Source: Utricularia gibba
Lineage: Eukaryota > Plantae > Magnoliophyta
Assembly (NCBI GenBank): GCA_002189035.1
Contig: NEEC01000112.1
Span: 11,495-75,494 of the forward strand
Direction of reading: 5' to 3'
Length of the DNA: 64,000 nucleotides
Below, piece after piece: positions 53,901-64,000 of this stretch. The notes under the pieces are model-generated. The model worked only from the letters and a program-made list of their open reading frames with translations, had not been told where the DNA came from and did not search any database. How positions within the stretch are numbered: the first letter of the stretch is position 1; each line of letters opens with the position of its first letter. Position numbers and translations under genes: made by a program.

Positions 53901-56900
53901 GACCGAATCTCGGGCCCTGACAAAGCTCCCAACTACAGCACCCACCTTAAAACGGCAAGCTGTTGCTTGAAAAACCATTTAGGCAGCCGCCGAAAACCCA
54001 TCGTTGATAAATGCATCACTTATTTTCCGGGCTACAACTGACTATTGGCCTGAGCCCGACCCGACCTCTGGCCCAATCCCGAAACCCTCCGAGGGCGCCT
54101 TCTCAAATATATAGCAGAGTGTTGAGAAAACCCATTGGGGTTCTCATGACATCCTAACTACATCAAATGCGTTACGATTTTCGTCGAGTGCGACCCGATT
54201 GGGCTTAGTAGCCAGACCGAATCTCGGGCCGGACAAAGCTCCCAACGACAGCACCCGACTTTAAATGGCAAGCTATTGCTTGAAAAACCATGTGGCAGCC
54301 GCCGACAACCCAACGTTAATAATGCATCACTTCTTTTGCCGGGCTACAGCTGACTTTGGGCTCAAGCCCGACCCGAATCCGGCCCGATCTCGTGACCCAC
54401 AAAAGCGCCTTGTCAAGTGTAAAGCATGCTGTTGAAAAAACCATTTGGGGTGGTCATGAGATCCTAACTTCAATAAAGGTGTCACGATTTCGTCGAATGG
54501 GATCGGATTGTGCTGTGAAGTCAGACCGACCTTGGGTCCGGACGAAGTTCCCAACAACAGCACCCGCAAAAAAACGACAACTTTTCCTCGAAAAAAGCAT
54601 GTAGGCAGCCGCCGAAAACCCAACGTTAATAAATGCATCACTTTTTTGGCCGGGCTACAAATGACTATGGGCCAGAGCGCGACTCGACCATTTGCTCGAT
54701 ACTAGTGCCAGCCTAGAGCGCCTCCTCAAATATAAATCAGGTTGTTGAGAAAACCATTTGGGGTGCTCATGACATCCTAACTTCAAAAAATGCATCACGA
54801 TTTTCATCGAGTAGCACCCGATTGGGCTCAGGAGCCAGACCGAACCTTGGGCCCTTACAAAGCTGCCAACGACAGCACCCGCCTTAAAATGGCAAGCTAT
54901 TGCTTGAAAAACCATTCAGGCAGCCGCCGAAAACCCAACGTTGATAAATGCATCACTTATTTTCCGGGCTACAACTGACTATGGGCCATAGCCCGACCCG
55001 ACCTCTGGCCCAATCCCGAAACCCCCAAGAGCGCCTTCTGAAATATAAAGTAGAGTGTTGAGAAAACCCGTTGGGGTTCTCATGACATCCTAACTAAAGC
55101 AAATGCATTACGATTTCGTCGAGTACGACCCGATTGGGCTTAGTAGCCAGACCGAATCTCGGGCCCTGACAAAGCTCCCAACTACAGCACCCACCTTAAA
55201 ACGGCAAGCTGTTGCTTGAAAAACCATTTAGGCAGCCGCCGAAAACCCATCGTTGATAAATGCATCACTTATTTTCCGGGCTACAACTGACTATTGGCCT
55301 GAGCCCGACCCGACCTCTGGCCCAATCCCGAAACCCTCCGAGGGCGCCTTCTCAAATATATAGCAGAGTGTTGAGAAAACCCATTGGGTTCTCATGACAT
55401 CCTAACTACATCAAATGCGTTACGATTTTCGTCGAGTGCGACCCGATTGGGCTTAGTAGCCAGACCGAATCTCGGGCCGGACAAAGCTCCCAACGACAGC
55501 ACCCGACTTTAAATGGCAAGCTATTGCTTGAAAACCATGTGGGCAGCCGCCGACAACCCAACGTTAATAAATGCATCACTTCTTTTGCCGGGCTACAGCT
55601 GACTTTGGCTCAAGCCCGACCCGAATCCGGCCCGATCTCGGTGACCCACAAAAGCGCCTTGTCAAGTGTAAAGCATGCTGTTGAAAAAACCATTTGGGGT
55701 GGTCATGAGATCCTAACTTCAATAAAGGCATCACGATTTTCGTCGAATGGGATCGGATTGTGCTGTGAAGTCAGACCGACCTTGGGTCCGGACGAAAGTT
55801 CCCAACAACAGCACCCGCAAAAAAACGACAACTTTTCCTCGAAAAAAGCATGTAGGCAGCCGCCGAAAACCCAACGTTAATAAATGCATCACTTTTTTGG
55901 CCGGGCTACAAATGACTATGGGCCAGAGCGCGACTCGACCATTTGCTCGATACTAGTGCCAGCCTAGAGCGCCTCCTCAAATATAAATCAGGTTGTTGAG
56001 AAAACCATTTGGGGTGCTCATGACATCCTAACTTCAAAAAATGCATCACGATTTTCATCGAGTAGCACCCGATTGGGCTCAGGAGCCAGACCGAACCTTG
56101 GGCCCTTACAAAGCTGCCAACGACAGCACCCGCCTTAAAATGGCAAGCTATTGCTTGAAAAACCATTCAGGCAGCCGCCGAAAACCCAACGTTGATAAAT
56201 GCATCACTTATTTTCCGGGCTACAACTGACTATGGGCCATAGCCCGACCCGACCTCTGGCCCAATCCCGAAACCCCCCAAGAGCGCCTTCTGAAATATAA
56301 AGTAGAGTGTTGAGAAAACCCGTTGGGGTTCTCATGACATCCTAACTAAAGCAAATGCATTACGATTTCGTCGAGTACGACCCGATTGGGCTTAGTAGCC
56401 AGACCGAATCTCGGGCCCTGACAAAGCTCCCAACTACAGCACCCACCTTAAAACGGCAAGCTGTTGCTTGAAAAACCATTTAGGCAGCCGCCGAAAACCA
56501 TCGTTGATAAATGCATCACTTATTTTCCGGGCTACAACTGACTATTGGCCTGAGCCCGACCCGACCTCTGGCCCAATCCCGAAACCCTCCGAGGGCGCCT
56601 TCTCAAATATATAGCAGAGTGTTGAGAAAACCCATTGGGGTTCTCATGACATCCTAACTACATCAAATGCGTTACGATTTTCGTCGAGTGCGACCCGATT
56701 GGGCTTAGTAGCCAGACCGAATCTCGGGCCGGACAAAGCTCCCAACGACAGCACCCGACTTTAAATGGCAAGCTATTGCTTGAAAACCATGTGGGCAGCC
56801 GCCGACAACCCAACGTTAATAAATGCATCACTTCTTTTGCCGGGCTACAGCTGACTTTGGGCTCAAGCCCGACCCGAATCCGGCCCGATCTCGGTGACCC

Positions 56901-59900
56901 ACAAAAGCGCCTTGTCAAGTGTAAAGCATGCTGTTGAAAAAACCATTTGGGGTGGTCATGAGATCCTAACTTCAATAAAGGCATCACGATTTCGTCGAAT
57001 GGGATCGGATTGTGCTGTGAAGTCAGACCGACCTTGGGTCCGGACGAAGTTCCCAACAACAGCACCCGCAAAAAAACGACAACTTTTCCTCGAAAAAAGC
57101 ATGTAGGCAGCCGCCGAAAACCCAACGTTAATAAATGCATCACTTTTTTGGCCGGGCTACAAATGACTATGGGCCAGAGCGCGACTCGACCATTTGCTCG
57201 ATACTAGTGCCAGCCTAGAGCGCCTCCTCAAATATAAATCAGGTTGTTGAGAAAACCATTTGGGGTGCTCATGACATCCTAACTTCAAAAAATGCATCAC
57301 GATTTTCATCGAGTAGCACCCGATTGGGCTCAGGAGCCAGACCGAACCTTGGGCCCTTACAAAGCTGCCAACGACAGCACCCGCCTTAAAATGGCAAGCT
57401 ATTGCTTGAAAAACCATTCAGGCAGCCGCCGAAAACCCAACGTTGATAAATGCATCACTTATTTTCCGGGCTACAACTGACTATGGGCCATAGCCCGACC
57501 CGACCTCTGGCCCAATCCCGAAACCCCCAAGAGCGCCTTCTGAAATATAAAGTAGAGTGTTGAGAAAACCCGTTGGGGTTCTCATGACATCCTAACTAAA
57601 GCAAATGCATTACGATTTCGTCGAGTACGACCCGATTGGGCTTAGTAGCCAGACCGAATCTCGGCCCTGACAAAGCTCCCAACTACAGCACCCACCTTAA
57701 AACGGCAAGCTGTTGCTTGAAAAACCATTTAGGCAGCCGCCGAAAACCCATCGTTGATAAATGCATCACTTATTTTCCGGGCTACAACTGACTATTGGCC
57801 TGAGCCCGACCCGACCTCTGGCCCAATCCCGAAACCCTCCGAGGGCGCCTTCTCAAATATATAGCAGAGTGTTGAGAAAACCCATTGGGGTTCTCATGAC
57901 ATCCTAACTACATCAAATGCGTTACGATTTTCGTCGAGTGCGACCCGATTGGGCTTAGTAGCCAGACCGAATCTCGGGCCGGACAAAGCTCCCAACGACA
58001 GCACCCGACTTTAAATGGCAAGCTGTTGCTTGAAAACCATGTGGGCAGCCGCCGACAACCCAACGTTAATAAATGCATCACTTCTTTTGCCGGGCTACAG
58101 CTGACTATGGGCTCAAGCCCGACCCGAATCCGGCCCGATCTCGGTGACCCACAAAAGCGCCTTGTCAAGTGTAAAGCATGCTGTTGAAAAAACCATTTGG
58201 GGTGGTCATGAGATCCTAACTTCAATAAAGGCATCACGATTTTCGTCGAATGGGATCGGATTGTGCTGTGAAGTCAGACCGAACCTTGGGTCCGGACGAA
58301 GTTCCCAACAACAGCACCCGCAAAAAAACGACAACTTTTCCTCGAAAAAAGCATGTAGGCAGCCGCCGAAAACCCAACGTTAATAAATGCATCACTTTTT
58401 TTGGCCGGGCTACAAATGACTATGGGCCAGAGCGCGACTCGACCATTTGCTCGATACTAGTGCCAGCCTAGAGCGCCTCCTCAAATATAAATCAGGTTGT
58501 TGAGAAAACCATTTGGGTGCTCATGACATCCTAACTTCAAAAAATGCATCACGATTTTCATCGAGTAGCACCCGATTGGGCTCAGGAGCCAGACCGAACC
58601 TTGGGCCCTTACAAAGCTGCCAACGACAGCACCCGCCTTAAAATGGCAAGCTATTGCTTGAAAAACCATTCAGGCAGCCGCCGAAAACCCAACGTTGATA
58701 AATGCATCACTTATTTTCCGGGCTACAACTGACTATGGGCCATAGCCCGACCCGACCTCTGGCCCAATCCCGAAACCCCCCAAGAGCGCCTTCTGAAATA
58801 TAAAGTAGAGTGTTGAGAAAACCCGTTGGGGTTCTCATGACATCCTAACTAAAGCAAATGCATTACGATTTCGTCGAGTACGACCCGATTGGGCTTAGTA
58901 GCCAGACCGAATCTCGGGCCCTGACAAAGCTCCCAACTACAGCACCCACCTTAAAACGGCAAGCTGTTGCTTGAAAAACCATTTAGGCAGCCGCCGAAAA
59001 CCCATCGTTGATAAATGCATCACTTATTTTCCGGGCTACAACTGACTATTGGCCTGAGCCCGACCCGACCTCTGGCCCAATCCCGAAACCCTCCGAGGGC
59101 GCCTTCTCAAATATATAGCAGAGTGTTGAGAAAACCCATTGGGGTTCTCATGACATCCTAACTACATCAAATGCGTTACGATTTTCGTCGAGTGCGACCC
59201 GATTGGGCTTAGTAGCCAGACCGAATCTCGGGCCGGACAAAGCTCCCAACGACAGCACCCGCCTTTAAATGGCAAGCTGTTGCTTGAAAAACCATGTGGG
59301 CAGCCGCCGACAACCCAACGTTAATAAATGCATCACTTCTTTTGCCGGGCTACAGCTGACTATGGGCTCAAGCCCGACCCGAATCCGGCCCGATCTCGGT
59401 GACCCACAAAAGCGCCTTGTCAAGTGTAAAGCATGCTGTTGAAAAAACCATTTGGGGTGGTCATGAGATCCTAACTTCAATAAAGGTGTCACGATTTTCG
59501 TCGAATGGATCGGATTGTGCTGTGAAGTCAGACCGACCTTGGGTCCGGACGAAGTTCCCAACAACAGCACCCGCAAAAAACGACAACTTTTCCTCGAAAA
59601 AGCATGTAGGCAGCCGCCGAAAACCCAACGTTAATAAATGCATCACTTTTTTGGCCGGGCTACAAATGACTATGGGCCAGAGCGCGACTCGACCATTTGC
59701 TCGATACTAGTGCCAGCCTAGAGCGCCTCCTCAAATATAAATCAGGTTGTTGAGAAAACCATTTGGGGTGCTCATGACATCCTAACTTCAAAAAATGCAT
59801 CACGATTTTCATCGAGTAGCACCCGATGGGCTCAGGAGCCAGACCGAACCTTGGGCCCTTACAAAGCTGCCAACGACAGCACCGCCTTAAAATGGCAAGC

Positions 59901-62900
59901 TATTGCTTGAAAAACCATTCAGGCAGCCGCCGAAAACCCACGTTGATAAATGCATCACTTATTTTCCGGGCTACAACTGACTATGGCCTAGCCCGACCCG
60001 ACCTCTGGCCCAATCCCGAAACCCCCCAAGAGCGCCTTCTGAAATATAAAGTAGAGTGTTGAGAAAACCCATTGGGGTTCTCATGACATCCTAACTAAAG
60101 CAAATGCATTACGATTTCGTCGAGTACGACCCGATTGGGCTTAGTAGCCAGACCGAATCTCGGGCCCTGACAAAGCTCCCAACTACAGCACCCACCTTAA
60201 AACGGCAAGCTGTTGCTTGAAAACCATTTAGGCAGCCGCCGAAAACCCATCGTTGATAAATGCATCACTTATTTTCCGGGCTACAACTGACTATTGGCCT
60301 GAGCCCGACCCGACCTCTGGCCCAATCCCGAAACCCTCCGAGGGCGCCTTCTCAAATATATAGCAGAGTGTTGAGAAAACCCATTGGGGTTCTCATGACA
60401 TCCTAACTACATCAAATGCGTTACGATTTTCGTCGAGTGCGACCCGATTGGGCTTAGTAGCCAGACCGAATCTCGGGCCGGACAAAGCTCCCAACGACAG
60501 CACCCGCTTTAAATGGCAAGCTATTGCTTGACAAACCATGTGGGCAGCCGCCGACAACCCAACGTTAATAAATGCATCACTTCTTTTGCCGGGCTACAGC
60601 TGACTTGGGCTCAAGCCCGACCCGAATCCGGCCCGATCTCGGTGACCCACAAAAGCGCCTTGTCAAGTGTAAAGCATGCTGTTGAAAAAACCATTTGGGG
60701 TGGTCATGAGATCCTAACTTCAATAAAGGTGTCACGATTTTCGTCGAATGGGATCGGATTGCTGTGAAGTCAGACCGAACCTTGGGTCCGGACGAAGTTC
60801 CCAACAACAGCACCCGCAAAAAAACGACAACTTTTCCTCGAAAAAAGCATGTAGGCAGCCGCCGAAAACCCAACGTTAATAAATGCATCACTTTTTTGGC
60901 CGGGCTACAAATGACTATGGGCCAGAGCGCGACTCGACCATTTGCTCGATACTAGTGCCAGCCTAGAGCGCCTCCTCAAATATAAATCAGGTTGTTGAGA
61001 AAACCATTTGGGGTGCTCATGACATCCTAACTTCAAAAAATGCATCACGATTTTCATCGAGTAGCACCCGATTGGGCTCAGGAGCCAGACCGAACCTTGG
61101 GCCCTTACAAAGCTGCCAACGACAGCACCCGCCTTAAAATGGCAAGCTATTGCTTGAAAAACCATTCAGGCAGCCGCCGAAAACCCAACGTTGATAAATG
61201 CATCACTTATTTTCCGGGCTACAACTGACTATGGGCCATAGCCCGACCCGACCTCTGGCCCAATCCCGAAACCCCCAAGAGCGCCTTCTGAAATATAAAG
61301 TAGAGTGTTGAGAAAACCCGTTGGGGTTCTCATGACATCCTAACTAAAGCAAATGCATTACGATTTCGTCGAGTACGACCCGATTGGGCTTAGTAGCCAG
61401 ACCGAATCTCGGGCCCTGACAAAGCTCCCAACTACAGCACCCACCTTAAAACGGCAAGCTGTTGCTTGAAAAACCATTTAGGCAGCCGCCGAAAACCCAT
61501 CGTTGATAAATGCATCACTTATTTTCCGGGCTACAACTGACTATTGGCCTGAGCCCGACCCGACCTCTGGCCCAATCCCGAAACCCTCCGAGGGCGCCTT
61601 CTCAAATATATAGCAGAGTGTTGAGAAAACCCATTGGGGTTCTCATGACATCCTAACTACATCAAATGCGTTACGATTTTCGTCGAGTGCGACCCGATTG
61701 GGCTTAGTAGCCAGACCGAATCTCGGGCCGGACAAAGCTCCCAACGACAGCACCCGCCTTTAAATGGCAAGCTGTTGCTTGAAAAACCATGTGGGCAGCC
61801 GCCGACAACCCAACGTTAATAAATGCATCACTTCTTTTGCCGGGCTACAGCTGACTATGGGCTCAAGCCCGACCCGAATCCGGCCCGATCTCGGTGACCC
61901 ACAAAAGCGCTTGTCAAGTGTAAAGCATGCTGTTGAAAAAACCATTTGGGGTGGTCATGAGATCCTAACTTCAATAAAGGTCACGATTTTCGTCGAATGG
62001 GATCGGATTGTGCTGTGAAGTCAGACCGAACCTTGGGTCCGGACGAAGTTCCCAACAACAGCACCCGCAAAAAAACGACAACTTTTCCTCGAAAAAAGCA
62101 TGTAGGCAGCCGCCGAAAACCCAACGTTAATAAATGCATCACTTTTTTGGCCGGGCTACAAATGACTATGGGCCAGAGCGCGACTCGACCATTTGCTCGA
62201 TACTAGTGCCAGCCTAGAGCGCCTCCTCAAATATAAATCAGGTTGTTGAGAAAACCATTTGGGGTGCTCATGACATCCTAACTTCAAAAAATGCATCACG
62301 ATTTTCATCGAGTAGCACCCGATTGGGCTCAGGAGCCAGACCGAACCTTGGGCCCTTACAAAGCTGCCAACGACAGCACCCGCCTTACAAGCTATTGCTT
62401 GAAAAAACCATTCAGGCAGCCGCCGAAAACCCAACGTTGATAAATGCATCACTTATTTTCCGGGCTACAACTGACTATGGGCCATAGCCCGACCCGACCT
62501 CTGGCCCAATCCCGAAACCCCCAAGAGCGCCTTCTGAAATATAAAGTAGAGTGTTGAGAAAACCCGTTGGGGTTCTCATGACATCCTAACTAAAGCAAAT
62601 GCATTACGATTTCGTCGAGTACGACCCGATTGGGCTTAGTAGCCAGACCGAATCTCGGGCCCTGACAAAGCTCCCAACTACAGCACCCACCTTAAAACGG
62701 CAAGCTGTTGCTTGAAAAACCATTTAGGCAGCCGCCGAAAACCATCGTTGATAAATGCATCACTTATTTTCCGGGCTACAACTGACTATTGGCCTGAGCC
62801 CGACCCGACCTCTGGCCCAATCCCGAAACCCTCCGAGGGCGCCTTCTCAAATATATAGCAGAGTGTTGAGAAAACCCATTGGGGTTCTCATGACATCCTA

Positions 62901-64000
62901 ACTACATCAAATGCGTTACGATTTTCGTCGAGTGCGACCCGATTGGGCTTAGTAGCCAGACCGAATCTCGGGCCGGACAAAGCTCCCAACGACAGCACCC
63001 GCTTTAAATGGCAAGCTGTTGCTTGAAAACCATGTGGGCAGCCGCCGACAACCCAACGTTAATAAATGCATCACTTCTTTTGCCGGGCTACAGCTGACTA
63101 TGGGCTCAAGCCCGACCCGAATCCGGCCCGATCTCGGTGACCCACAAAAGCGCCTTGTCAAGTGTAAAGCATGCTGTTGAAAAAACCATTTGGGGTGTCA
63201 TGAGATCCTAACTTCAATAAAGGTGTCACGATTTTCGTCGAATGGGATCGGATTGTGCTGTGAAGTCAGACCGAACCTTGGGTCCGGACGAAGTTCCCAA
63301 CAACAGCCCCGCAAAAAAACGACAACTTTTCCTCGAAAAAAGCATGTAGGCAGCCGCCGAAAACCCAACGTTAATAAATGCATCACTTTTTTGGCCGGGC
63401 TACAAATGACTATGGGCCAGAGCGCGACTCGACCATTTGCTCGATACTAGTGCCAGCCTAGAGCGCCTCCTCAAATATAAATCAGGTTGTTGAGAAAACC
63501 ATTTGGGGTGCTCATGACATCCTAACTTCAAAAAAATGCATCACGATTTTCATCGAGTAGCACCCGATTGGGCTCAGGAGCCAGACCGAACCTTGGGCCC
63601 TTACAAAGCTGCCAACGACAGCACCCCCTTAAAATGGCAAGCTATTGCTTGAAAAACCATTCAGGCAGCCGCCGAAAACCCAACGTTGATAAATGCATCA
63701 CTTATTTTCCGGGCTACAACTGACTATGGGCCATAGCCCGACCCGACCTCTGGCCCAATCCCGAAACCCCCAAGAGCGCCTTCTGAAATATAAAGTAGAG
63801 TGTTGAGAAAACCCATTGGGGTTCTCATGACATCCTAACTAAAGCAAATGCATTACGATTTTCGTCGAGTGCGACCCGATTGGGCTTAGTAGCCAGACCG
63901 AATCTCGGGCCGGACAAAGCTCCCAACGACAGCACCCGCCTTTAAATGGCAAGCTGTTGCTTGAAAAACCATGTGGGCAGCCGCCGACAACCCAACGTTA

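Larger units (their letters stand above)
32062..63824 (+). repeat. Homogeneous 4-monomer HOR (A-B-C-D, ~1,253 bp), about 25 copies
   Basis: The identical B-head ORF (MHHDFHRVAPD...) starts at 32396, 33649, 34900, 36153 ... 42273, 43526, 44780, 46032, 47287, 48540, 49793, 51046, 52298 ... 54790, 56041, 57292, 58544, spacing 1250-1255 bp. Exceptions: a 3-mer at ~37.0-37.9 kb and a 5-mer at ~40.4-41.9 kb. Confidence 0.97.
1..64000 (+). repeat. Tandem satellite DNA array, ~313 bp monomer, ~204 copies, one orientation, running off both window ends
   Basis: The anchor TCATGA(C/G)ATCCTAACT recurs every ~310-314 bp from 145 to 63825 (e.g. 32373, 32686, 32999, 33312, 33626). No inversion, insertion or non-repeat sequence seen. 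A hand count of one monomer (32686-32998) gave A88 C93 G64 T68 (50% GC). Confidence 0.99.

Noticed and set aside
43011-54290. Possible super-HOR of five ABCD units from the D marker TTGACAAACC/TTGAAAA(A)CC (pattern C,C,A,C,A twice)
   Set aside because: An independent A marker (GACCGATCC/GACCGAACC/GACCGACC) does not follow the same period, and the site lies in an error-prone homopolymer.
323-63450. All ORFs in the six-frame track (60-161 aa), including recurrent MHHDFHRVAPD..., MVFQAIACHFK... and MTHKSALSSVK...
   Set aside because: They recur at the satellite period, overlap on both strands, change length or frame with every homopolymer indel, and resemble no protein family I recognise. They are chance open frames in a repeat.
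1-64000. CRISPR array or repeat-spacer system
   Set aside because: There are no unique spacers; sequence between conserved motifs is itself repeated, and no cas-like ORF is present.
1-64000. 5S rDNA, tRNA, snRNA or histone tandem gene array
   Set aside because: No recognisable 5S, tRNA or snRNA sequence, no clear Pol III A/B or C box with terminator, and no coding unit. Judged by eye; an Rfam/Infernal scan would be decisive.
1-64000. Transposon or LTR insertion, or strand inversion within the array
   Set aside because: Every segment read aligns to the satellite in the same orientation; no TIR, LTR, target-site duplication or foreign sequence was found.

Overview
The whole 64 kb window is one head-to-tail, single-orientation tandem satellite array (about 204 monomers of ~313 bp). 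I find no gene, RNA gene, transposon, CRISPR array or unique sequence, and every ORF in the supplied track is a by-product of the repeat. The repeat is nested: ~156-157 bp ancestral subunit, then a ~313 bp monomer (two diverged subunits), then four monomer classes (A, B, C, D, my labels), then a ~1,253 bp 4-monomer higher-order repeat (HOR). The right half (32.1-63.8 kb) is about 25 near-identical ABCD HOR copies. The left half is a mosaic: a divergent patchwork (1-7 kb), an E/B dimer zone built from a chimeric monomer, a 10-monomer HOR (~3.13 kb, 3 copies), a 6-mer, an 8-mer (~2 copies) and an irregular transition zone. This resembles a eukaryotic centromeric or pericentromeric satellite; the species and family are not recognised and centromere function cannot be shown from sequence. 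A plant origin is only suggested, by unit length and CHG-context transitions. Several deletion-riddled patches look like assembly or polishing artefacts. I do not see a novel gene system; the interest lies in the HOR architecture and its apparent layered expansion. Coordinates were counted by hand, anchored on the TCATGA motif at each monomer start.
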